Source: a virus. From it: DNA of 64,000 nt. Shown one piece after another: positions 54,327-63,659 of this stretch. The first letter of the stretch is position 1, and each line of letters begins with the position of its first letter. The notes beneath the pieces were generated by a model. It made no database searches and was not told the origin of the DNA. It saw only the letters and a list, made by a program, of their open reading frames with translations. A program made the position numbers and the translations under genes. The stretch is from IMG/VR virus record IMGVR_UViG_3300027749_000038, one strand, 5' to 3'.

Positions 54327-55382
54327 TTAGATTGTGCAACTTCCACCAACACAGCCACTTCCTTCGTCTGTAGCAGATTGTTTATCTCCGTCATAGGTAT
54401 TGCTGTAATAAAGAGTTTTTACACCCATACTATAAGCATATAACAATTCTTTAAGAATTACCGAATCCGGCAATGCCTTATTTGGATAATGATCATAATT
54501 GTAATACAGATTTGCTGAGATAGCCATATCTGTCCATTTTTGAATTGCTGCTACTATATTGATATAACCAGTGTTATCTGGCATATCAAATTGTAATGTA
54601 TACTTGTTTTTATATGTGGAATAATTTGGAACCAACAAAGGCACTGAATTAGCTTTAGAACCTTTATAGGTAAGCAAAGACCTAGGAGGTTCAATACCGT
54701 TGGTAGAATTTTGAATAACAGAACTAGATTCACACGGCATCATGGCGGTCAATGTAGAATGTCTCATACCATGAGCCAACACTTTCTGTCTTAATTCTTC
54801 CCAATCTAAAGAAGGTTTGCGGGTTACTACTTGATCTACTTTCTTTTTATAGGTGTCTATAGGCAAGATACCTTGAGAATATTTGGTGGTATTAAATTTT
54901 TCACACGGTCCCTTTTCTTTGGCTAGCTCTATAGAAGAGGAAATAAGGTGGTATTGTATTTTTTCCATCAAAGTATCTACAAAGTTAGGAGCCTCTGTAT
55001 CCATATACTTGAGATTATTCTTAGCTAAGAGAGCTGCTAAATTAGTAATTCCTACACCGAGACTTCTACGTTTTCTTGTAAAATTCTCTGCTGCTTTGGT
55101 GAAGTATTCTTGATAATCAATAATTTCATCTAGCATGCGTACAATTGTATCACAGGTATCTATTAAATCTTGATCATCTTTAATTTCTAACACATTAATA
55201 GCAGAAAGAACACAAATACCAATTTCCCCTTCTGGATCATCTATATGTTGAATTGGTTTGGTGGGATGAGTAACTTCAACACAATTGTGTACCAATATCT
55301 TATTGGCGTAAAAATTGCGGTTGTCTTTTACACTGATATCATATACTGCTTCTCGGTTTAACACTTTTTTAATTTTAATCAT
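54327..55382 (-). CDS. nrdA: RNR alpha C-terminal half with 33-aa split-intein C fragment (55284-55382)
   Basis: MIKIKK..VYDISV..NFYAN.ILVHN|CVEV; MPCESSS, GIEP, KTLYY. Confidence 0.92.
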   Translation of the reverse strand: MIKIKKVLNREAVYDISVKDNRNFYANKILVHNCVEVTHPTKPIQHIDDPEGEIGICVLSAINVLEIKDDQDLIDTCDTIVRMLDEIIDYQEYFTKAAENFTRKRRSLGVGITNLAALLAKNNLKYMDTEAPNFVDTLMEKIQYHLISSSIELAKEKGPCEKFNTTKYSQGILPIDTYKKKVDQVVTRKPSLDWEELRQKVLAHGMRHSTLTAMMPCESSSVIQNSTNGIEPPRSLLTYKGSKANSVPLLVPNYSTYKNKYTLQFDMPDNTGYINIVAAIQKWTDMAISANLYYNYDHYPNKALPDSVILKELLYAYSMGVKTLYYSNTYDGDKQSATDEGSGCVGGSCTI

Positions 55383-55394
55383 AATTCTTGTTTT

Positions 55395-57044
55395 TTAAAT
55401 TAAATTTAAAACATCTGACTCCAACAATTCACTAGCCTTAACATAACCTCGGTTGTTAGTGTAAATTAAATGTTCCGGTGTGCAACGAATGGTTTGATTA
55501 GTTTCTGTATCTGTAATTTCAACCAATTCTGCTTCGGGATGAGTCATTGTAGCTCCGGTGAGCAATTTAAATTCATTTTCTTGCGTATCTAGATTCTTGG
55601 ACCAAACGTACATTTCTTCTAAATCCTCTTTAGAATTATATAATTCTGTTATTTGTTCTAATGTTAAAACTGATGACATGAAATTGTTATCTTCTTTGTT
55701 TTTGATAAGACACAAAACTTCCGTGTCACCTGTAAGACACAGATTTGTCATTGAAACTCTTTCTAAGAAAGATCCGTGTTCATTACAATGATCCATATTC
55801 ATCACGTAATATCTTCCAGTCTCTGTTCTTTCTTTAGTAAATTGAGACAATAGAGCAGAAGCTTTGACCTTCCTTTTATACTTTATCGATTTATCTGCTT
55901 CACATTTTATATATAATTCATCAAACTGCGGAAGACCAAAAGATTCGGTCAATTCTGGAACTTCATGTGGAGAAAATAATGTTATAGTTTCATTTTTCAT
56001 GAAGCGCTCATAAAACAATTTTGAAAATTGAATTACATAATCTACTTTTCTAACTCGATTATCTTCAGTACCACCGTTATTTTTTAAAGAGAGAATATCT
56101 TCAATTTCATAATGCCAGATTGGAAAGTTAACCGTAGCTCCCCCTCCTCTGATACCATTTTGTTGACAAGACTTGACGGTGGCTTCAAATACTTTAAGAA
56201 AAGGAATAATTCCGGTATGAATAACACTACCTCCTTTGATCTCTGTGCCAATTCCTCTAATACGACCAAAATTCAATCCGATTCCGTATCTTTGAGTAGT
56301 AGCAAAACCAGCAGCAGTATTGGAACTAAAAATAGATTCCTTAGTGTCACCCACATCAATGAGACAACAAGACGCGTATTGTTTAAGAAGACCTCTAAGG
56401 CCAGCCATTTGCGGGGTAGGTAAATTGATTTTAAATTTACTGAATTTGTCGTATGCTCTTTTGACATAATTTAAACGGGTATTTTGAGAATAATTAATAT
56501 GGCTTACCATGGCTGCAAGCATATAAGCAAATTGAGGAGTCTCGAATATCTCCTTGTTCTTTCTATTTTGAATGAGATATTTGTCACACAATTGCTTTAA
56601 TCCAGAATAGGTAAAGTTGTAATCTCTGTCGTGATTAATTTTGTCATCTAATTTGTCTATCTCTGCTTTAGAATATTTTTCTAAAATTTCTGGATGATAT
56701 AGATTTTTATCTGTATTGTTTTTAATAAAATCATAAAGTCGTGGAGGATTTTTTCCACCCCATACATCTTTACGTATTTGATAATTCAATAATCTAGAGG
56801 CAACCCATTGATAATTAGGATTCTCTTCATTAAACAAATTAATAGAAGCGTCTATCAGTACCTTGTGAATTTCCTTAGTAGTAATGCCATCCGCTAAATT
56901 TAATTTAGTATTAATAGCTATGTCCGAAACACTAACTCCGGTTATATTTTGGGATCCCCATTTTATTACTTTGTATATGTTTTCTACATTAAATGGAACC
57001 CGTGTTCCGTCCCGTTTTGTAACGTGAAGAATTTTTTCACTCAT
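55395..57044 (-). CDS. nrdA: RNR alpha N-terminal half (ATP cone) with 114-aa split-intein N fragment (55395-55739)
   Basis: VTKRDG ATP cone, PTPQM, ASCCL; MTNL|CLTGDT..CTPEH. Confidence 0.92.
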   Translation of the reverse strand: MSEKILHVTKRDGTRVPFNVENIYKVIKWGSQNITGVSVSDIAINTKLNLADGITTKEIHKVLIDASINLFNEENPNYQWVASRLLNYQIRKDVWGGKNPPRLYDFIKNNTDKNLYHPEILEKYSKAEIDKLDDKINHDRDYNFTYSGLKQLCDKYLIQNRKNKEIFETPQFAYMLAAMVSHINYSQNTRLNYVKRAYDKFSKFKINLPTPQMAGLRGLLKQYASCCLIDVGDTKESIFSSNTAAGFATTQRYGIGLNFGRIRGIGTEIKGGSVIHTGIIPFLKVFEATVKSCQQNGIRGGGATVNFPIWHYEIEDILSLKNNGGTEDNRVRKVDYVIQFSKLFYERFMKNETITLFSPHEVPELTESFGLPQFDELYIKCEADKSIKYKRKVKASALLSQFTKERTETGRYYVMNMDHCNEHGSFLERVSMTNLCLTGDTEVLCLIKNKEDNNFMSSVLTLEQITELYNSKEDLEEMYVWSKNLDTQENEFKLLTGATMTHPEAELVEITDTETNQTIRCTPEHLIYTNNRGYVKASELLESDVLNLI

Positions 57045-57061
57045 AAAAGATTGTTGTCTAT

Positions 57062-57448
57062 TTATACTCTCAAATCACTCATATTGCTATTTGTTTTTGC
57101 GTCTAGCAATTTAATTTTTAAACGCTCTTTGTTTGTTTCGGATTGATATATTTTATCAGCTATTTTTTTAAGAAATGTTGCGGCCTGGAGGGTTGTGCAT
57201 GTATTAATTAGACGAGATTCTGCATATAACACAGAAGTTTCATTCCAGGTTGGATGTAAATAATGTATTAGTTCATGCATTGTTGTGGGGATAATATCCC
57301 TACGATAATCCAATTCTATATCAGTCATGTAACAGAGACCTACAGTACTATGCATTTTTCTTAAATTAAAAAATTCTGCTGGTTTAGAATCAACCAAATC
57401 AACCAAATCAACAAAGAGTTTTTGTACTTCTTCATTGTTTAATTTCAT
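57062..57448 (-). CDS. HExxH metallopeptidase-like protein
   Basis: TTMHELIHYLHP. Confidence 0.6.
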   Translation of the reverse strand: MKLNNEEVQKLFVDLVDLVDSKPAEFFNLRKMHSTVGLCYMTDIELDYRRDIIPTTMHELIHYLHPTWNETSVLYAESRLINTCTTLQAATFLKKIADKIYQSETNKERLKIKLLDAKTNSNMSDLRV

Positions 57449-57778
57449 TTATTTGGATTTTTGTTTTTTATCACTAGCTACCTTAGCCAGCTCTTTCAAT
57501 TTATCTTGAACAATTAAAAATCTTTTTTCTGCTTGTTCTAGTGTATTACAAGTCCAACCCCTATCACCCCACTGAGAAGAACTGGGATACAATTCTCCAG
57601 CCTCTATCAAATTTCCGTTAATTGTTATTCCATCGTGTCTGGTAATAATGACCACTTCAAAGTGTGCTGTAGCATTTGTACCGACCTGTTTTCTCCTGTA
57701 TATAGCTAAATCTCCCTCTCGTTTAAGAAGAGTGTGGCGAAATTCTTTTTTGACAAATTTTTCAGCTAGTTTTTTCAT
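57449..57778 (-). CDS. hypothetical protein
   Basis: 109-aa ORF. Confidence 0.75.
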   Translation of the reverse strand: MKKLAEKFVKKEFRHTLLKREGDLAIYRRKQVGTNATAHFEVVIITRHDGITINGNLIEAGELYPSSSQWGDRGWTCNTLEQAEKRFLIVQDKLKELAKVASDKKQKSK

Positions 57779-57859
57779 AAAACAATTATCTGCGATTTTT
57801 AAAAAAATATCAAGAAAAAAAAGTGATTGTTTTTTTGTTTGAAGATATTATATGTTATA

Positions 57860-58657
57860 ATGAATTTACAAACAATAGCAGACCTTGAATCAGCTTTCAA
57901 GGATGTTACCTTTTTTGATAAGGGACATTCTTATAAGATAGGGGATGAGGAAGGAACTTCGGTTTCAAGGATTATCAAAAAATACGAACCATATTTTGAT
58001 GCAGATAAATTAGCTAATATTGTTGCAAAAAGACAAGGGGTCTTGGTAGAAGATGTTAGGCATCTTTGGGATTTTAAAAGAGAGTATGCTTGTGAAAAGG
58101 GTACAATGGTACATAATTATATTGAAAATTATATCTTTCGTAAGAGAACTTTATTAAACAAAGAAAATATAAAAACCTTTATTAAAAGATATCCAGAGAA
58201 TGTAACAGAAGAAACCTTCTACAATGATGTAGCTTGTCATATTAAAAATTTCTTGGAATTCTATAAGTGGTGGAGTGAAGATCATATCTTAGTAAAATCA
58301 GAATATGTCATGGGAGATAAACCATCCCGCATTTGTGGTACCCTAGATAATCTCTCTTACAATTTTAAAGAAAAATGTTTTGTAATTTTTGATTATAAAA
58401 CTAATAAATTATTAACAGAAAAAAAGTCTTCTGATAGTATGTTGGGAATATTGAAACATTTGCAAAGTTCTCACATAGTAAAATATAGTTTACAATTACA
58501 TCTTTATTCTCTTCTAATAGAACGTAATACAGGATTAAAAATAAATAACTGTAACATAGTTTGGATTGGTGGTTCAAATTATGAACTAATTCCTACAATA
58601 GACTTAAGAGTAGAAGCTGAAAGCATAATTAATAACCATACTATAGGAATAAATTGA
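57860..58657 (+). CDS. RecB/Cas4-like PD-(D/E)XK exonuclease
   Basis: GTMVHNYIE, CGTLDNL, FDYKT, YSLQLHLY. Confidence 0.85.
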   Translation: MNLQTIADLESAFKDVTFFDKGHSYKIGDEEGTSVSRIIKKYEPYFDADKLANIVAKRQGVLVEDVRHLWDFKREYACEKGTMVHNYIENYIFRKRTLLNKENIKTFIKRYPENVTEETFYNDVACHIKNFLEFYKWWSEDHILVKSEYVMGDKPSRICGTLDNLSYNFKEKCFVIFDYKTNKLLTEKKSSDSMLGILKHLQSSHIVKYSLQLHLYSLLIERNTGLKINNCNIVWIGGSNYELIPTIDLRVEAESIINNHTIGIN

Positions 58658-58707
58658 CCTAGTTTTTGTCCAACACTTGGATAAGTAATCTTACAACTAA
58701 AAAATAT

Positions 58708-59541
58708 ATGGCTATTATTAATGACTATCTCAATGTCCTGAATGAAAATAAAGGTTCTCATGCAGTATCTGGACCTAAAAAAACTGGACCTTTTTTTGAC
58801 GGTGGAGATAAAAAAGCTCCTTTCAATAATTCAGATGAAGTAGAAACTCCAGAAAAATCTGCAGCTCATTTAAATTCTGCTTCATCAGACTCCAAGCCCA
58901 AAGTTGCAAAGGCTACTACATTAGGTGATTCAGTTAATCCTTTTGACAAATTATTTAATCAAGTGTTGTCTCATGAAAACTGGGAACACGAAGAAGAAGC
59001 TAATGAAATTAGTGGAGGAGAATCTCCAGAAGGAAATTTGGAAATGAATTTTAGTGGAGATACAGAAACTGGTGAGGGAGAGTTCGAAGAACATGGAGAA
59101 GGAGAAGGAGAAATGGATGCAATGTCAGAACTCCTAACCCATTTAAGAGCAGCTGTTGCAGCTTTAGAGAAAATTTCTGGTCATGAAGAAGAAGAAGTAG
59201 AAGAAGAAACAGAAATGGATGATTCAGATTCCGATGATGATGATGCAGATACAGACACAGACACAGATGCAGATAAAGAAACCAATCTTGAAGATTCGGT
59301 TGATGCTGAGGAGTTGGGCCATGCTTTAGTAGATCTACAAAAATTAAGTGCTGGTTTATCAGATCCCAAATCCCGTACAGTAAAGGGAGCAGTTCCAGTT
59401 TCAAAGGGTAAAGCACAAACTCCAAATGGTAAAAAACCAGAAGGCAAGTATGTACCTTTCAAAGGTAACACCAAACCTTTAGAAGGCAAAAAGAATGATG
59501 TTAACGGAGTTTCCAAAGGCAAAGCTTGGTTCGATCAATAA
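58708..59541 (+). CDS. acidic disordered prohead core/scaffold-like protein
   Basis: E/D-rich, several LxE sites, late motif upstream. Confidence 0.55.
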   Translation: MAIINDYLNVLNENKGSHAVSGPKKTGPFFDGGDKKAPFNNSDEVETPEKSAAHLNSASSDSKPKVAKATTLGDSVNPFDKLFNQVLSHENWEHEEEANEISGGESPEGNLEMNFSGDTETGEGEFEEHGEGEGEMDAMSELLTHLRAAVAALEKISGHEEEEVEEETEMDDSDSDDDDADTDTDTDADKETNLEDSVDAEELGHALVDLQKLSAGLSDPKSRTVKGAVPVSKGKAQTPNGKKPEGKYVPFKGNTKPLEGKKNDVNGVSKGKAWFDQ

Positions 59542-59565
59542 TTTGATAGTTCAGTATTAATAGTT

Positions 59566-59603
59566 AAATCCGCCTTCATACTGTATGAAGGCGGATTTTT
59601 TTT
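59566..59603 (+). terminator. intrinsic terminator
   Basis: aaatccgccttcat/atgaaggcggattt followed by a T run. Confidence 0.85.
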
Positions 59604-59622
59604 ACATAAGTACTATAATATT

Positions 59623-60030
59623 ATGGAAGATAATTTTTCTTCATTCTTTAAAAAGAGTAACAATGGTGCAACCTTTAATAGTGGACCTAAAGCAACCAAG
59701 AACACTAGAACTCATCACCAGAGTACTGCTAGAATTACCAAGATGGATCATCGCAAAAGTGGTAAGATGAATTTGGTAGCAGCCAATACAAATCAAAAAA
59801 TTAAGCATCCATTAATCAGTCAATTTGCTAATTCTGGTAAAACTGTCATGCCAAATTTAAAATGGTCTATGGTAAGACCAATATTCCAAGCTTATAAGAT
59901 TAAACATGATTTTGAAGAAGACAAACCTTATACCAAGTCCATCGGTGGTATAAAATGTAAACTAACTGGATCTAAAATTTGTATTAAATATTTTCCAGAA
60001 AATCAAACTTGGACCCTTTTTAAAAAATAA
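59623..60030 (+). CDS. hypothetical protein
   Basis: 135-aa ORF. Confidence 0.7.
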   Translation: MEDNFSSFFKKSNNGATFNSGPKATKNTRTHHQSTARITKMDHRKSGKMNLVAANTNQKIKHPLISQFANSGKTVMPNLKWSMVRPIFQAYKIKHDFEEDKPYTKSIGGIKCKLTGSKICIKYFPENQTWTLFKK

Positions 60031-60033
60031 AAT

Positions 60034-60954
60034 ATGGACTCTTTACGATTTTTAAATAAAAAGATCAATGCCAATGAGAGACAGAATTTCTCTAATTGGT
60101 GGAAAGAACAAATCAGTATAGGAGGTCAAGAAATAGTTTATTATAGTAATCTGACCCAATTATCTTCTAGCAATCCTTTATACGGAGAAAGTCCTGATGC
60201 AGGTTTTGCCCCTGGAGTTCCTATGATATTAGCATTAGCTCTTTCTAATGATTCGATACTTTTATCCAGGATGGGTATTATCGCAGAAGGAGATGTTACC
60301 GCCGTAATTCATCCTACCTTATTTGAAAATGCTTTAAGTTCTTTATCTTTCCACAATTTAAGTGCAGATGTGGTTAATGCAGCTGCTTTTTCTGCATTGA
60401 CTGCTACTTCCTTTATTTGTTTAAGTTCTTCTAAATTAAGTGCAACCGCGTTTGCTTTCTTAAGCACAACCTCTTTGAGTGCTGATGCAGTTAATGCCCT
60501 CGGAAGCCCTTCTTTGAGTTCTTTAACATTAAGTTCTATTACGTTTGATAGTTTAAGTTCCAGTGCATTCTTTACTTTAAGTACTGATGCAGTTAATTCT
60601 CTTAATATATCCATATCATCTTTAAATCTTCAAACGAAAGAACCTAAGGCTGGAGATTTAATTGCTCTTACGGAATTTAATTCTGATCGTATCCATTTTC
60701 CAAAGAGAGGTACTACTGTTTATGAATTAACAGAAAGTATAGATGAATTTAAACAAAATGCTTTGGGAGGACATTATGTTTGGTTTTTAGCTGCTAAGAG
60801 ATATCAATTTAGTCAAGAACCACACAGTCCAGGAGCTGGTCAAGGAGCTAATGTTCTTGATGATAATGATGTAATAGAACTGGCTGCTAATGAAAATTTT
60901 AGTTATATTACAGATAATCCCAATAGCAACCCGTCTGTATACGGTCATTATTAA
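60034..60954 (+). CDS. T4 gp14-like neck (head-tail connector) protein with a Ser/Leu/Ala-rich insertion
   Basis: G..IVYY, LYGE, LSRMGI..E.DVT, EPKAGDLI, EL..KRY pattern of the gp14 family. Confidence 0.65.
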   Translation: MDSLRFLNKKINANERQNFSNWWKEQISIGGQEIVYYSNLTQLSSSNPLYGESPDAGFAPGVPMILALALSNDSILLSRMGIIAEGDVTAVIHPTLFENALSSLSFHNLSADVVNAAAFSALTATSFICLSSSKLSATAFAFLSTTSLSADAVNALGSPSLSSLTLSSITFDSLSSSAFFTLSTDAVNSLNISISSLNLQTKEPKAGDLIALTEFNSDRIHFPKRGTTVYELTESIDEFKQNALGGHYVWFLAAKRYQFSQEPHSPGAGQGANVLDDNDVIELAANENFSYITDNPNSNPSVYGHY

Positions 60955-61259
60955 ACAATATCAACCTTTAAGAAATCTGTAGCACTTTCTTCGGAGTGAT
61001 AAATTTGAATTTTATAATCTTCTTCTAGAAGTTTGCGAAGAAAGATGTCTTGTGTAGAATTAATATAATCCCTGATATCTAAAGGACAAAGCTTAACCTC
61101 TTCAAAGGGTATATTTCTTTCTTCTGCTTTGTCTGCTATGATGTTAACTGCTTCGTAAAAAGCCATCCACTTAGCTAGTGTTAAAGATTTTTCTTGGGTT
61201 TTACCCCACCAGGCTAGAGGTGATTGAAGTTCTTCTGTGGGTTGTGTTTTAGTTTTCAT
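60951..61259 (-). CDS. hypothetical protein
   Basis: 102-aa ORF. Confidence 0.75.
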   Translation of the reverse strand: MKTKTQPTEELQSPLAWWGKTQEKSLTLAKWMAFYEAVNIIADKAEERNIPFEEVKLCPLDIRDYINSTQDIFLRKLLEEDYKIQIYHSEESATDFLKVDIV

Positions 61260-61261
61260 TA

Positions 61262-61750
61262 TTAGTTTTTAAATTGTTGAGTAGGAATCATGTTGCCAAT
61301 ATTCTGTGATACCTGAATAGGTTCAATGAATTCTGTTACTCTAGCAACTGTAAAATTAATAGAAACAACATTTCTGCCTTCACACTTATCACATACAAAC
61401 TCCACTCGTTCCTGTTGATCTGGTACGAATGTGGTAACATTCGGAGTAGCACAAGAAGCACATTGTAGAATAGTGGATAATGGTTCCAATCGATCCAATT
61501 CTGCCAATCTCACCTTGGATTGAAGATATTGAGACACAATAGAAACCAAAACTCCAAATGCGAGATATTGAACACTGGCGGCTAAGATAAAAGCCGGCCA
61601 AAATGGTTTGTCTAGAAGTGTAAAGGCAAGACCCACCAAACCAGAATTGGTTAATACTATAATAGTAGACTTAAAGAAGTCTTTATAAAATAAAAAATAT
61701 TTGATTAATTTCATTAAAACTAATTTATCATTAGTTCTAGGGAAACTCAC
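61262..61750 (-). CDS. membrane protein with C-terminal Zn ribbon
   Basis: Two TM segments, CASC..CDKC. Confidence 0.7.
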   Translation of the reverse strand: MSFPRTNDKLVLMKLIKYFLFYKDFFKSTIIVLTNSGLVGLAFTLLDKPFWPAFILAASVQYLAFGVLVSIVSQYLQSKVRLAELDRLEPLSTILQCASCATPNVTTFVPDQQERVEFVCDKCEGRNVVSINFTVARVTEFIEPIQVSQNIGNMIPTQQFKN

Positions 61751-62258
61751 CCTTATTCAGATCTCTTTCTTGGTGGGGATTAGACGATGGCAATTCCTTA
61801 GACATATCCATAGAAAGAGTAAGCTGTTTGTCTAAATTCTGAATAGCTCCTAAAATTTGTCCAGTATAGCTAAGAAGCTCGTTTAATTTTTTCTTTTGTT
61901 TAGAAGAAACTTTTTTATTTAATTTTAAACAATTTTCTATTTTATTACCAGCTGCTAACAAATAGGTAAAACTATCTGTCAAATCTGCCGTAACCGTTTG
62001 TAAAGGCCACGGCATATTAATAGGATTCTCTGGACCCGGTGCTGTGGGAGGAAAAATAGGAGGAGTATTTTTCTGATACGGAAAATCATATCCCGAAGCA
62101 TTACTGACTGGAGCAAAGTCCTTTCTTGGTGGATCACTATAGCCACCATATGTTGGATTGTTCCAAAGTCCTCCAAGTGCTTCTTGGAATAATTTATCCA
62201 TATCTGTCATATTACTCTTGTGGTTTTCCGATACGAACTGTACATCCACATCGTCCAC
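61737..62258 (-). CDS. hypothetical protein (start uncertain)
   Basis: 173-aa ORF. Confidence 0.65.
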   Translation of the reverse strand: MDDVDVQFVSENHKSNMTDMDKLFQEALGGLWNNPTYGGYSDPPRKDFAPVSNASGYDFPYQKNTPPIFPPTAPGPENPINMPWPLQTVTADLTDSFTYLLAAGNKIENCLKLNKKVSSKQKKKLNELLSYTGQILGAIQNLDKQLTLSMDMSKELPSSNPHQERDLNKGEFP

Positions 62259-62406
62259 AATTCCAACGAATTATTTTATTGGATTGTTTAGAACGAGGAT
62301 CATACTGTTCCATCAGTCTGCCTTGAACATGGTTTCCGCAGTAGGTGCAAGCAACTGGACGATTGGCTAAGGTCTGATATTCTGGTTTGTTATTTGAGTC
62401 ACTCAT
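62212..62406 (-). CDS. small Zn-ribbon protein
   Basis: CTYC..CGRC; ATAAATA just upstream. Confidence 0.7.
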   Translation of the reverse strand: MSDSNNKPEYQTLANRPVACTYCGNHVQGRLMEQYDPRSKQSNKIIRWNCGRCGCTVRIGKPQE

Positions 62407-62416
62407 GTTATATTTA

Positions 62417-63214
62417 TCAATTACCAGGAAACATTTCATGAGAATGGGGTGAGCCATCTTCTATTTTTCCTACTACAAATTTTACAAATTCAGAACGTAC
62501 AATATCTTCTTTATTAAATTTAAAATGATATACTCCGTGATCAGCACTTTCTTGGTCTGAAAAAAGTTTACACATCTTGCTAAATCCACCCATTTTACCA
62601 TGAGGCAAATCTGATTGATTTGGATCTCCCAGAAAAATAATTTTGGAAAATTCCCCCAATCGGGTAATAGTAGTTACTAATTCTCGAAAAGTAATATTTT
62701 GACATTCATCTACGATGATTACTTTAGCTGGCCAATGTAATCCTCTTATATAGTTTACTGGCATAGCACTAACTCTTTTATCAGTATGCAATCTTTTAAT
62801 GGTGTTGTTTTCTAAGAACTCTTCCATCTTTTCTACGAATGGAGCCATATAAGCTTCAAATTTTTCATCAATGGTTCCTGGAAGATATCCAATTTTACTA
62901 TCTGCACTTTCTACAGCACTTCTAACAAAAATAATATCAGAGGCTTTTTTGTTTTTTAATAATTGTAACCCAGCATATACTGCTGTTGAAGTTTTTGAAA
63001 CTCCAGCAGGGCCTTCTATAAAAACACATTTGGTATTTTTATTTAAAAGAATTTGTATAAGTTCTTTTTGTTTATCTGTCCAGGGTAATTCTCTAATAGT
63101 AAAGTCAAAATTTACTTTATCACGCTGGAAGACGTGAGGTGAATTATCTTTTGGTTTTTCTGGTTTGACAGAGTCATCCAAAAGCCGGCTCTTAGAACGG
63201 GGTTTGTTTCCCAT
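62417..63214 (-). CDS. phoH: PhoH-like ATPase
   Basis: GPAGVSKT, IGYLPG, YIRG, IVDECQN, GDPNQSDL. Confidence 0.93.
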   Translation of the reverse strand: MGNKPRSKSRLLDDSVKPEKPKDNSPHVFQRDKVNFDFTIRELPWTDKQKELIQILLNKNTKCVFIEGPAGVSKTSTAVYAGLQLLKNKKASDIIFVRSAVESADSKIGYLPGTIDEKFEAYMAPFVEKMEEFLENNTIKRLHTDKRVSAMPVNYIRGLHWPAKVIIVDECQNITFRELVTTITRLGEFSKIIFLGDPNQSDLPHGKMGGFSKMCKLFSDQESADHGVYHFKFNKEDIVRSEFVKFVVGKIEDGSPHSHEMFPGN

Positions 63215-63260
63215 ATGTTGTTTATATTTACAACTAAGATGTCAAAAAAATTTAATAACC

Positions 63261-63578
63261 TTAAACTACCGGAGAGTTACTAGGTGCTGGAGTTGATGTT
63301 GGAGTTGTAGTTGTTTGAGCAGAATTATAATGAGCATCTAAATCCATTAAGGTTTTCTTTTCAGCATCTGTCAGAGATGTTGGAAGTTGTCCTGGGTTGG
63401 AATTTGTAATTGTAGCATTTATAGCCTTCAAAAAATTAGTCTTCCACAACTGATCTGTGTTTTTGGCAGCAAATAAAGAAGTTATACTCGGGAGAGCAGA
63501 ATTAGAAGAGCCGGGAGTTGGAGCCGCTTCGGAAATGTTGCTGAAAGTCTTTTGAAAGATACTATTAAATTTACTCAT
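63261..63578 (-). CDS. late Ser/Thr/Pro-rich protein with leader (MSKFNSIF...ISE|AA)
   Basis: ATAAATA 5 nt before ATG. Confidence 0.65.
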   Translation of the reverse strand: MSKFNSIFQKTFSNISEAAPTPGSSNSALPSITSLFAAKNTDQLWKTNFLKAINATITNSNPGQLPTSLTDAEKKTLMDLDAHYNSAQTTTTPTSTPAPSNSPVV

Positions 63579-63659
63579 AAAGATATTTATCAAAAGGTTT
63601 GCTTATTCAAATTGGTTTTTGAGACTTTAAAATGGATAAGTAACTCTATATTATTTATT

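Noticed and set aside
54327-57044. nrdA as a frameshifted pseudogene
   Set aside because: Both halves carry complementary intein fragments and intact catalytic motifs
57860-58657. Cas4 indicating CRISPR adaptation
   Set aside because: Stand-alone phage PD-(D/E)XK exonuclease; no Fe-S Cys cluster or cas context visible
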